42,715 nucleotides of DNA from Candidatus Omnitrophota bacterium (GCA_023248025.1 JAHFFI010000001.1:1-42715), one strand, 5' to 3'; positions 24,746-33,091 are shown, counted from the first letter of the stretch. The notes: a model not told the origin generated them from the sequence alone. Translations and numbers: made by a program.

Positions 24746-25425
24746 AAAAAATTAAAAAAAATTCTCCGGTAAAAAGCAAGAAAGTGAGGATTTTGCTCGT
24801 CGATGACCATCCGATCATGCGTCGAGGACTGGCCGAACTGATCAATCTGGAGAAAGACCTTGTGGTTTGTGGAGAGGCCGATAGCATACACACGGCTTTG
24901 GAACTTATAAAGCGCCATGAGCCCGATGTGGCGCTGGTGGATCTTTCGCTGAAAAATGAAAGCGGCCTTGAACTTATCAAGGATATTCACGCGCGTTACC
25001 CAAAGGTTTTGGTGCTGGTGTTGTCCATGCACGATGAGTTATTCTATGCCGAACGCGTGCTTCGAGCCGGAGCCAAAGGTTATGTTATGAAGCAGCAAGC
25101 GACAGATCTGGTTTTAGTGGCGATCCGCCGCATTCTCGGCGGCGAAGTTTATTTAAGTGATTTCATGTCATCGAAGGTTTTGCGAAACTTCACGAGTAAA
25201 AAAACAGAGAAAGCGGGTTCTTCCGTTGACCAGCTGAGTGACCGGGAACTGGAAGTATTCCGGCTGATCGGAACGGGTCTGGGAACGCGCCAGATCGCTG
25301 AAAGGCTCTCTCGCAGCGTGAAGACTGTGGAAACCTACCGTGAGCATATCAAACTGAAACTGGATCTTAAGGATTCGTCCGAACTGGTTCAGAACGCCAT
25401 CCAATGGTCGCAAAGTAATTCCTAG
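24742..25425 (+). CDS. NarL/FixJ (LuxR-type HTH) response regulator
   Basis: REC ILLVDDHP...DVALVDLSL. HTH LSDRELEVFRLIGTGLGTRQIAERLSRSVKTVETYREHI. ATGA overlap with the kinase gene. Confidence 0.93.
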   Translation: MKKIKKNSPVKSKKVRILLVDDHPIMRRGLAELINLEKDLVVCGEADSIHTALELIKRHEPDVALVDLSLKNESGLELIKDIHARYPKVLVLVLSMHDELFYAERVLRAGAKGYVMKQQATDLVLVAIRRILGGEVYLSDFMSSKVLRNFTSKKTEKAGSSVDQLSDRELEVFRLIGTGLGTRQIAERLSRSVKTVETYREHIKLKLDLKDSSELVQNAIQWSQSNS

Positions 25426-25459
25426 TACTCACAAAACCCTCCCTATAACGCGGTAGGTA

Positions 25460-25522
25460 TTTCCCCCTATAAAAGGTCAAGCACTTGGCCTGATTTCGCT
25501 TCAAACGCCGTTGTCTTATCCT
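25460..25522 (+). promoter_or_regulatory. stress-module promoter copy F
   Basis: TTTCCCCCTATAAAAGGTCAAGCACTTGGCCTGATT, then 22 nt from CCTGAT (25489-25494) to TATCCT (25517-25522). An extra CCCTATAA half-site lies at about 25441. Confidence 0.55.
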
Positions 25523-25604
25523 AAGGGCATGGAACTTTTCTCGGTCCTCGAACCGGCAACGGCTTACGTGGCGGCGGAGGCGGTTTAAACATAAAAGGAA
25601 AAAT

Positions 25605-25925
25605 ATGAAAAACTTAAGAATTCTTTTTGCGGTGTTTATCATGATGGAACTTGCATTTTCCTGGACGCTGCCCAAGGTGAGCGGCCAAGAATATTATTCC
25701 CAGGAAGACCCGAATAAAGCAATTTTAAAAGACGCCGTCGTGGGCGCTGGCGTGGGTGCGGTTGCCGCGGGAACTTCCGGTGGCAGTGCTGGAAAAGGCG
25801 CATTGATAGGGGCGGGCACGAACGTGATTGGAAATGCTTTAGTCAACACGTTAACCAGTCCCTCGCAGCCACAAGTGCAGTATGTTGAACGGCCCGCTGG
25901 AAGAGGCGGATGTGCGAGAGCTTGA
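25605..25925 (+). CDS. glycine-zipper secreted or membrane protein (paralog of 14928-15344)
   Basis: AVVGAGVGAVAAGTSGGSAGKGALIGAGTNVIGNALVNTLTSPSQPQVQY parallels GAATGAIAAEASGGKAGTGALIGAGTNIIGGALFDVLTTPQQQPQQVQY. Confidence 0.7.
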   Translation: MKNLRILFAVFIMMELAFSWTLPKVSGQEYYSQEDPNKAILKDAVVGAGVGAVAAGTSGGSAGKGALIGAGTNVIGNALVNTLTSPSQPQVQYVERPAGRGGCARA

Positions 25926-26062
25926 TTAGCGTTTATCAAACCTGCAGGGTTTGCGGGGTTCGCGTCCGGGCAGGTTTTACAAACTGTGACGGCTGTTATT
26001 ACAAAATTGATAAGGCCGAAACAGAAGAGATTAATCATTTAGAAAAAAGGAGACATAACTCG

Positions 26063-26638
26063 ATGAAAAAACCAATCGCAGGAAAAAAGGTTGTCGGAAT
26101 TTTAGGATTATTAGCGATCGGTTTGACGCTTACGGGTGGAATGACAAAAGAGGTTTGGGCGGCTTCAGCCCGAGAGATTGATACGAGCGTGGATGTGACG
26201 CTCAATCGTTTCTATAAAGAAGTGGGTGATGGAAAGAAAATCGTTCAGGATGCGAAAGGCGTGCTGGTTTTTCCGAGAGTTTTCAAGGCAGGGTTCGGGA
26301 TTGGCGGCGAATACGGCGAGGGCGCACTTTTAATCAAGGGCAAGGCGGTTGATTATTACAGCACCGCAGCTGCTTCGATTGGTTTTCAGATCGGTGCCCA
26401 GAAAAAATCCATTATTATACTTTTTACACAGGACGAGGTGTTGAATCGTCTTCGAACGACTTCCAACTGGAAAGCCGGCGCGGATGCCTCTATCGCGGTT
26501 ATTAGTCTCGGTGCGGGTGGATCGGTAGATACCGCTAAGCTCAACGAGCCAATCATTGCGTTCATCATCGGGCAGAAGGGGCTTATGTACAACCTTACGC
26601 TTGAAGGCGCTAAGTTTACGAAATTGAACAAAAAATAA
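26063..26638 (+). CDS. SYLF (Ysc84-like) lipid-binding domain protein with signal peptide (the ORF-track start at 25910 is probably too far upstream)
   Basis: AAGGAG RBS before ATG 26063. Signal VVGILGLLAIGLTLTGG. AKGVLVFPRVFKAGFGIGGEYGEGALL...IGFQIGAQ...KAGADASIAV. Confidence 0.7.
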   Translation: MKKPIAGKKVVGILGLLAIGLTLTGGMTKEVWAASAREIDTSVDVTLNRFYKEVGDGKKIVQDAKGVLVFPRVFKAGFGIGGEYGEGALLIKGKAVDYYSTAAASIGFQIGAQKKSIIILFTQDEVLNRLRTTSNWKAGADASIAVISLGAGGSVDTAKLNEPIIAFIIGQKGLMYNLTLEGAKFTKLNKK

Positions 26639-26694
26639 GTATCCCCAGCATTTTTGACAGAAACGCAGTTCACACGTTAACAAAGGAGCGAGAC

Positions 26695-26967
26695 ATGAAT
26701 AACCTAGAAAGTCTGTTGGTGTTTTTGTTCATCGGTTTGATCGCCGGATGGCTGGCGGGAGTGCTGGTGAAAGGCCGTGGTTTTGGGATTTTCGGTGATA
26801 TTTTGATAGGTATCATCGGCGCTGAATTGGGTGGATGGATTTTCAGCGCGCTCGGATTGTCGGCATATGGATTTTTCGGGGCCGTTATCATGGCATCCGT
26901 AGGAGCCATAGCCTTGTTGGCGATTATTAAATTGGTCGTAAACGTCAGCTCCGCGAGATCAACTTGA
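26695..26967 (+). CDS. GlsB/YeaQ/YmgE family stress membrane protein
   Basis: LVFLFIGLIAGWLAGVLVKGRGFGIFGDILIGIIGAELGGWIF. Confidence 0.85.
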   Translation: MNNLESLLVFLFIGLIAGWLAGVLVKGRGFGIFGDILIGIIGAELGGWIFSALGLSAYGFFGAVIMASVGAIALLAIIKLVVNVSSARST

Positions 26968-27000
26968 GAAATTAATGTTGTCAAAACAAAAAGAGGTGGT

Positions 27001-27798
27001 GTGATGAAGCAATTCGACGGAAGTTTTATAAAGAAAATGTATGGCTCACTATTTATTGCTTCGCTTTTGCTGGTTTCATCAAATGCCCAAGCGGCGACGA
27101 CGGTGACGGTGGATGACAACAGCAATGTTATCGTGAATAGGCCAACGGTTGTGGTTCAGCCGGTCGTAACGGAGACGGTTGTTCTGCAACAAACACCGGT
27201 GATTATTACAAGGGAAGCGATCGCAGGAGCTTTTGAAGGAAGGATTGTGGAGGTGAATTACTCACAAAACCACATCACTATCCAAGACGTCAATGGCGCA
27301 AACAGACAAGTGCTGGTCAAATCAGAAATGATCAATAGTTACCGAGTGGGTGATTATGTCCAGATTCGTCCAACGGCAGATCTGACGATCATAACTATAG
27401 AAGAAAACCCGAAAGATTTTGAAGGCGAAATCATCAGGGTCGATATGTCAAAAAGCCAGATTGTTGTGCAAGACACCAATGGCAGAGAAAGAAGAGTGCA
27501 GCTGAAACAGGGAATGATCAGTACTTACAGAGTCGATGATTATGTGCGGATCCATCTGATGACGGACCTGAAAGAAGCCAAAACGATTGAAACCGTTAGA
27601 AACATGGGAAGGCACGATGGATACGTCGTAAGAGTCGATGCTCAGGGAAGCCGGATGGTCATTCGTGACACTCATGGCAATGAGAGAACCGTGCTCGTGA
27701 GACAGGGAATGATCACAAGCTACAGAGTCGGCAATCAAGTCCGGGTTTATCAATTGGCGGACCATGAAGATGTCCAGCTGGTTAGAATCATCCGATAA
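27001..27798 (+). CDS. secreted protein with three tandem ~60-aa repeats
   Basis: Signal peptide ...SSNAQA. Repeats FEGRIVEVNYSQNHITIQDVNGANRQVLVKSEMINSYRVGDYV / FEGEIIRVDMSKSQIVVQDTNGRERRVQLKQGMISTYRVDDYV / HDGYVVRVDAQGSRMVIRDTHGNERTVLVRQGMITSYRVGNQV. Confidence 0.7.
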   Translation: MMKQFDGSFIKKMYGSLFIASLLLVSSNAQAATTVTVDDNSNVIVNRPTVVVQPVVTETVVLQQTPVIITREAIAGAFEGRIVEVNYSQNHITIQDVNGANRQVLVKSEMINSYRVGDYVQIRPTADLTIITIEENPKDFEGEIIRVDMSKSQIVVQDTNGRERRVQLKQGMISTYRVDDYVRIHLMTDLKEAKTIETVRNMGRHDGYVVRVDAQGSRMVIRDTHGNERTVLVRQGMITSYRVGNQVRVYQLADHEDVQLVRIIR

Positions 27799-27846
27799 AT
27801 AGATAGTGATATATTAAATAACACACCGTAAAAAAAGGAAACTGCC

Positions 27847-28209
27847 ATGACTCAGGGAACAGAAACCAATGCAAAAGCAGTTTCGACGAGTAATGCCAAA
27901 CTGATTACCAAAGAAGAACTGAATAAGAAGATCCAAGGCAACGAGCCCATACAAATTGTCAACGTTCTCGATCCGAAAGATTACAGCCTCGGGTTCATCA
28001 AAGGGTCGAAAAGAATACCCTTGGATCAGTTGGATGCCCGGCTTGGTGAGCTGGATAAGTCAAAAGAGGTAGTCACTTATTGCGCAGGCAGTGCATGCAA
28101 CGCATCAAAACATGCGGCGGAGCTGCTTGTCGGTAAAGGATTCCATGTGAGCGCGTATGAAGGCGGCATCAAGGAATGGAAAGAAGCGGGATTACCGACG
28201 GAAGCGTAA
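27847..28209 (+). CDS. single-domain rhodanese-like sulfurtransferase
   Basis: Active-site loop YCAGSACNAS. IQIVNVLDPKDY...GSKRIPL. Confidence 0.85.
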   Translation: MTQGTETNAKAVSTSNAKLITKEELNKKIQGNEPIQIVNVLDPKDYSLGFIKGSKRIPLDQLDARLGELDKSKEVVTYCAGSACNASKHAAELLVGKGFHVSAYEGGIKEWKEAGLPTEA

Positions 28210-28229
28210 TAAAGGCAATTGTTAAAACA

Positions 28230-28262
28230 AGCGGCAGCCGGACTCTGTTTCCGGTTGTCGCT
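28230..28262 (+). terminator. 13-bp stem-loop (two G-U pairs) after the rhodanese gene; no clear T tract
   Basis: AGCGGCAGCCGGA-ctctgtt-TCCGGTTGTCGCT. Confidence 0.35.
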
Positions 28263-28292
28263 TGAGTTATTAGATAAACGAGGAGGCCGCTC

Positions 28293-28928
28293 ATGATCCA
28301 AACCAAAGCAAAATCATTTGTTCTGGCAAACCTTCCATATGAACAAAATGCGTTAGCGCCTTTTGTTTCCGCAGAAACGATCAATTATCACTACAACAAG
28401 CATCATCGAACTTACGTTGATAAACTCAATGAGCTTGTATCGGGAACTGAATTTGAGGAGCTTGAGCTTGAAGAACTAATCGTTAAAACCGCCGGGCATG
28501 CCGACAAAGCGGGTATTTTTAACAATGCGGCCCAAGTTTGGAATCACAACTTTTATTGGAACAGCCTGTCGCCTAAAGGAGGCGGTAAACCCACGGGGGA
28601 GTTAGGCCGGAAAATCGAAGCCGACTTTGGCAGTTATAAAAATTTTCTTAAGCAATTTGTTGAAGCGGGCATGACGGATTTCGGAAGCGGCTGGGCATGG
28701 CTCGTGGAGGACCAGGGTGTGCTCAAGATAACCAAAACATCCAATGCCGAGAATCCACTATCTCAAGGACAGGGAAAAGCGCTTTTGACTCTCGATGTGT
28801 GGGAACACGCTTATTATTTAGATTATCAGAACCGGCGAGGTGATTACTTGAAGACGATTCTGGACAAATTGGTCAATTGGAATTTCGCAGAGATGAACAT
28901 GAACATTTGTAAGTCCATAGACGCATAA
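28293..28928 (+). CDS. sodB: Fe-type superoxide dismutase
   Basis: LPYEQNALAPFVSAETINYHYNKHH, Fe-type FNNAAQVWNHNFYW, DVWEHAYYLDYQNRR. Confidence 0.95.
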   Translation: MIQTKAKSFVLANLPYEQNALAPFVSAETINYHYNKHHRTYVDKLNELVSGTEFEELELEELIVKTAGHADKAGIFNNAAQVWNHNFYWNSLSPKGGGKPTGELGRKIEADFGSYKNFLKQFVEAGMTDFGSGWAWLVEDQGVLKITKTSNAENPLSQGQGKALLTLDVWEHAYYLDYQNRRGDYLKTILDKLVNWNFAEMNMNICKSIDA

Positions 28929-28972
28929 ACGTAGACGGAACCTGGTATGATGTACAAATCAGAGACCGTGAT

Positions 28973-29728
28973 ATGAACAGAGTTCCCCACATTATTTTTT
29001 TATATTGGATTATCAAAATTGCGTCCACGACATTGGGTGAAACAGGCGCAGATATGTTTTCTATGACTTTTAATCTGGGTTACGGACAAACCATCCTGAT
29101 CTTCATGGGATTATTTTTTATACTACTTTTAGTAAAACTGCTGTTGAAAGGCTATCATCCGATTGTTTACTGGTCGACTTTTACTGCATCGGCGATAGCA
29201 GGGACCGCAATATCTGACTTCATCGACCGTACGTTAGGTCTTGGGTACGCGATAGGATCCGCCGTTTTGATAATAATGTTATTGATAATCCTTGTTGTTT
29301 GGCACACAAAGGAGAAATCAATCAATGTCGAATATATTTCCACATCTTCAGTCGAGGTATTTTATTGGGTGGCGTTTTTGATCGCCAATACACTGGGAAC
29401 GGCCGCCGGAGATTTTATGGCCGATAATTTGGGTCTTGGATTTGCTCACAGCGCGATCATAATATCAGTGGCGCTGGCTATCATAACTCTGATGCACTTT
29501 TATACAAAAATCTCTAAAGTGTGGCTGTTCTGGTTGGCATTTGTTTTGACTAGACCCTTTGGCGCTACCTTTGGAGATTTTCTCACCAAACCGATCGCGA
29601 AAGGAGGGATCAACTTTGGCACCGTGGGTTCCTCCATATTATTTTGTGTGGTCTTATTCTTTGCAGTCGCCAAAGAGAGTCAGTTGGAAAAAGTAAGAAA
29701 CACTGGCTTGCCCTTACACGGCAGGTAG
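28973..29728 (+). CDS. polytopic membrane protein with three TxG(E/A)xxxD-type repeats (COG4705-like, tentative)
   Basis: STTLGETGADMFS, NTLGTAAGDFMAD, RPFGATFGDFLTK, separated by TM helices. Confidence 0.55.
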   Translation: MNRVPHIIFLYWIIKIASTTLGETGADMFSMTFNLGYGQTILIFMGLFFILLLVKLLLKGYHPIVYWSTFTASAIAGTAISDFIDRTLGLGYAIGSAVLIIMLLIILVVWHTKEKSINVEYISTSSVEVFYWVAFLIANTLGTAAGDFMADNLGLGFAHSAIIISVALAIITLMHFYTKISKVWLFWLAFVLTRPFGATFGDFLTKPIAKGGINFGTVGSSILFCVVLFFAVAKESQLEKVRNTGLPLHGR

Positions 29729-29852
29729 GTCCAGTCGGGGGAGTATCCGGTAAATGAAAATGGCAAGTCCTGTTGACAGGCAAAGTATCAAGAGTTAACC
29801 TACTCTTGCCGGGTATTTGAAGCATCAAGCAAATTAAATTGAGAGGATTCGA

Positions 29853-30443
29853 ATGATAAAGAAATCAGGGTTATTTTTGGCGCTTTTTTTATTGGCGGCG
29901 CAATGTGCGTTTGCCGCATCCGATAGAGTCGGCAAGACGGACATCGGTTTTAATGCGTCCGGGGCGATACCTACGGACGGTAATATTGATAACGCGGTTT
30001 ACTTGGGCGGTTCAATATCGGAGGGCGTGACGGACTGGATCGCTTTGGGGTTTGAAGGCGGTTGGGCGGGATTCAGTGAAAGTGATTCCGGTATAGACGT
30101 TGATGAAAACGCTTTCCCAATGTTCGGGGATATCATAGTCAGGATCCCCAATCAAAATGACTGGAAGCCATACGGCGTCGTTGGTTTGGGTGCCATTTTT
30201 TGGGATGTCAAATCTAACGTTTCCAACGTTGACGTCAAGATAGACACGGGCTTCGCTGCAAAATTTGGAGGCGGTGTGGATTGGTTTGTGAATGAAAATT
30301 GGATGGTTAATTTTGAAGCGTCCTACGTCATTTCAAACTCGAACGTCTCGGCGACTAACACCACTACGGGAGCGTCTATCACGGTCGACAGCGACACTGA
30401 TTATTGGATGGTCGGCGGCGGGATTAAGTACTTGTTTAGCTAA
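29853..30443 (+). CDS. outer-membrane beta-barrel protein
   Basis: Signal peptide ...AQCAFA. Alternating amphipathic strands. C-terminal GGGIKYLFS. Confidence 0.7.
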   Translation: MIKKSGLFLALFLLAAQCAFAASDRVGKTDIGFNASGAIPTDGNIDNAVYLGGSISEGVTDWIALGFEGGWAGFSESDSGIDVDENAFPMFGDIIVRIPNQNDWKPYGVVGLGAIFWDVKSNVSNVDVKIDTGFAAKFGGGVDWFVNENWMVNFEASYVISNSNVSATNTTTGASITVDSDTDYWMVGGGIKYLFS

Positions 30444-30464
30444 TTCGGGGAGTTTTATAGGATG

Positions 30465-30502
30465 AAAAGCCCTTCGGCCGATAAGGCAGAAGGGCTTTTT
30501 TT
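30465..30502 (+). terminator. rho-independent terminator
   Basis: AAAAGCCCTTC-loop-GAAGGGC followed by TTTTTTT. Confidence 0.8.
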
Positions 30503-30639
30503 CTTAATATTTCTAATCAAAAAATAATATTGGACAAATCTATCCATAATGAGTACCTTGTACGATACAGCAAATCCAGTATGGCAATGGATTGTGTTTG
30601 TAGACTTACTAAATATTCAAAAAAAGGAGAAACGAACCA

Positions 30640-31896
30640 ATGAAACACCTATCAAAAATTGGATTATCAGCGATGGCGTTAGCCCTTTGCTTCTCGTCCA
30701 ATGCGATGGCGGAATCGGTCGAAAAACATTCCACCATAAAAGGCTACACAAATAAAAGCGTGCATGGAAAAGACGGCGAACATTACTACAAACATCCGGG
30801 CCGTGGATCATTTACAGGTCCTTTCGATTATGGAACAACGGGAGTTGTGGCACCCGTGGCTGAACCTAACGCTCCCATGGGCCGATGCAATTGTTATACT
30901 TTCGACGGAACGAAATCCTATTCGGGAAACGGACAGAAATTGACGTACTCGTGGGATTTTGGTGATGGCGCAACCAGTGAACAGACCGTGGTCAAACACT
31001 GCTTCGATAAAGCCGGTGATTTTAACGTATCTCTGACGGTTACGGATGAGTCCGGAAAGATCTGCGGCAATGGAACAGCGGTAACAAAAGTCAGCGCTAA
31101 TTTTCCTCCTACGGCCAATGCGGGTCCTGAAGCCAAAGCATGTCTTGGAGAGCCGGTCACGTTTGATGCCTCCGGTTCAGTTCTTTCAGGTGTGGGTAGC
31201 TATAAATGGGATTTCGGCGATGGAGAAACAGGGGAAGGTGTTAGAACCTCCCACACGTACCAGAAGCCGGGTAATTACCGCGTTCGTCTCATGGTCGATG
31301 ACGGTAAAGCGACGGAGTGCTCAACCGCCTCTGCTGCTACCACAGCCTCCATCATGGACCGCGTGGATGTGAAATTATCCACCGACGGAAAGAGCTCAAC
31401 TTGTGTCAATAGAGCGCTAAGATTTAGCGCCAACGGCACGGGTTCCGCGAAATATCATTGGGATTTTGGTGATGGTGCGACAGCTGAAGGTGGATCCAGC
31501 GCTAGCCACTCCTATTCCAAACCGGGCACTTACTCTGTCACCGTAACGGCCGACAACGGACAGGGTTCTTCCTGCTCAGTCGCTACCGACAGAACCACAG
31601 TGACGGTTACAGAATCTCCGATGGCGAATGCCGGTGAAAACCTGGTTTGCTGCATTGGAAAAGACAACGTGTTTGACGGTTCAGCATCCACCGGCACTGG
31701 TTTGACCTATCACTGGGATTTTGGTGATGGCGAATCAGCAGAAGGTGCGAGAACGAACCACGTTTACAACAAAGCGGGAAACTATCGTGTCGTCCTCAAC
31801 GTCAAAGATAGTTCAGGTAGCGAATGCGATATGTCAAGTGACTCGTTTGTCGCTGATGTGAATGCGAAGCCGGAAGCAGTTATCGAAGTTAGATAA
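30640..31896 (+). CDS. secreted protein with four PKD domains
   Basis: Signal peptide ...SSNAMA. WDFGDG occurs four times (YSWDFGDGATSEQ, YKWDFGDGETGEG, YHWDFGDGATAEG, YHWDFGDGESAEG). Confidence 0.88.
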   Translation: MKHLSKIGLSAMALALCFSSNAMAESVEKHSTIKGYTNKSVHGKDGEHYYKHPGRGSFTGPFDYGTTGVVAPVAEPNAPMGRCNCYTFDGTKSYSGNGQKLTYSWDFGDGATSEQTVVKHCFDKAGDFNVSLTVTDESGKICGNGTAVTKVSANFPPTANAGPEAKACLGEPVTFDASGSVLSGVGSYKWDFGDGETGEGVRTSHTYQKPGNYRVRLMVDDGKATECSTASAATTASIMDRVDVKLSTDGKSSTCVNRALRFSANGTGSAKYHWDFGDGATAEGGSSASHSYSKPGTYSVTVTADNGQGSSCSVATDRTTVTVTESPMANAGENLVCCIGKDNVFDGSASTGTGLTYHWDFGDGESAEGARTNHVYNKAGNYRVVLNVKDSSGSECDMSSDSFVADVNAKPEAVIEVR

Positions 31897-31909
31897 TTAA
31901 ATAAACAAC

Positions 31910-31944
31910 AGAGGGCAGCTCACATACCGTGTGGGCTGCCCTCT
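31910..31944 (+). terminator. GC-rich hairpin after the PKD gene (no T tract)
   Basis: AGAGGGCAGC...GCTGCCCTCT, 10-bp perfect arms. Confidence 0.5.
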
Positions 31945-31974
31945 AGTCTAAATCCAAAAGGTAAGGAACTTGCC

Positions 31975-32412
31975 ATGTTGAAAGATTTCAAAGATTTTAT
32001 TATGAAGGGCAATGTGTTGGACATGGCGGTCGGCGTGATCATCGGTGCCGCGTTCGGTAAGATCGTCAGCTCTCTTGTGGCCGATGTCCTGATGCCACCG
32101 ATCGGCCTCCTGATGGGCGGGGTTGACTTCTCGAATCTGTTCATTAATCTAAGTGCTACATCGTACGCGACGTTGAAAGAAGCCCAAGCGGTCGGAGTCC
32201 CGACAATCAATTACGGAATTTTTCTAAATAGCATCATTAATTTCCTCATCGTTGCCGTCGTGATTTTTATACTGATTCGTCAGGTCTCTAAGTTTACCCC
32301 AAAACCGGTAGAGGTTCCGAAAGCTCCGATGACAAAGCAATGTCGTTTTTGCTTATCGGAAGTGTCAATCAAGGCGATTCGCTGCGCGCATTGCACGTCA
32401 GAAAATATTTAG
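31975..32412 (+). CDS. mscL: large-conductance mechanosensitive channel with a C-terminal CxxC-x10-CxxC tail
   Basis: [44 protein letters not shown]. Tail is [22 protein letters not shown]. Confidence 0.92.
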   Translation: MLKDFKDFIMKGNVLDMAVGVIIGAAFGKIVSSLVADVLMPPIGLLMGGVDFSNLFINLSATSYATLKEAQAVGVPTINYGIFLNSIINFLIVAVVIFILIRQVSKFTPKPVEVPKAPMTKQCRFCLSEVSIKAIRCAHCTSENI

Positions 32413-32442
32413 TATTTAAGTTATCCAAAAAATAAAGGGCTC

Positions 32443-32841
32443 ATGCTCAGTAAAAAATTATTAGGGATACTGATAGCCGGGTCCTTATGCCTGAGAAGCT
32501 TAGGCCGGTAGAAGGGCTTCTGAGAAAAGTCGGCTTCGGGCCAAAACTAGATGAATTCATATTGAGCATGAACCGCTCAACTGACCCAAGTGTACAAGCC
32601 GATTGTGACAAAGACGATGTCGCAATACGGGGTGACCGGCCAGTATCAAGCGATCATGGGTAAAGTTCAGCCCATTCCTTTTGCCGGAAAGTTTCCCGCT
32701 CCCAGCATCGAAGATTATACCGTTCAGAAATCACTCGACGGTCTTTTTCTGACCCTCGGAGCGCAGAAAAAACAAATCCGCCAGAATCCGGCCGCGAGAA
32801 CAACGGATCTTTTAAAGCAAGTTTTTGGCCAAAAAGGCTGA
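32443..32841 (+). pseudogene. decayed DUF4197-family gene (signal peptide, middle and C-terminal pieces in different frames)
   Basis: MLSKKLLGILIAGSLCLRSLGR then stop at 32509-32511. Another frame gives ...KLDEFILSMNRS... The C-terminal ORF (32590-32841) ends DYTVQKSLDGLFLTLGAQKKQIRQNPAARTTDLLKQVFG, typical of DUF4197 C-termini. Confidence 0.5.
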
Positions 32842-33091
32842 CGATTCCTTTAAGGAGATTTAAATGAAGAAGGCTGTCATCGTAATACTGGAAAGAAGAT
32901 CTCGTTAGACCGCGTAGGCCTTGTTTGGCAAATCGGGCTCGCAGAAAATACGACACAAGGTATGCTGACTTCGTTTCTCGAAAAAATTAATAAATAATTT
33001 TCCGGGTTAGAAGGTTGAAATACGCTAGGGATAGCGATAGAATGATCGGACTGAAGATTAATCACAGATCCTACCCGATTAGGAGATTTAA

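Noticed and set aside
25484-25500. Possible sigma54 -24/-12 element (TGGCCTGATTTCGCT) in module copy F.
   Set aside because: The GG-to-GC spacing is one nt short of the consensus. The GG is absent from the other five copies, which have TTGCCC/TTACCC/TTCTCC.
25910-26062. In-frame N-terminal extension of the SYLF gene containing CRVC...CDGC (zinc-ribbon-like).
   Set aside because: A good AAGGAG RBS and a classical signal peptide begin at ATG 26063. A signal peptide would not work internally, so the extension is probably untranslated.
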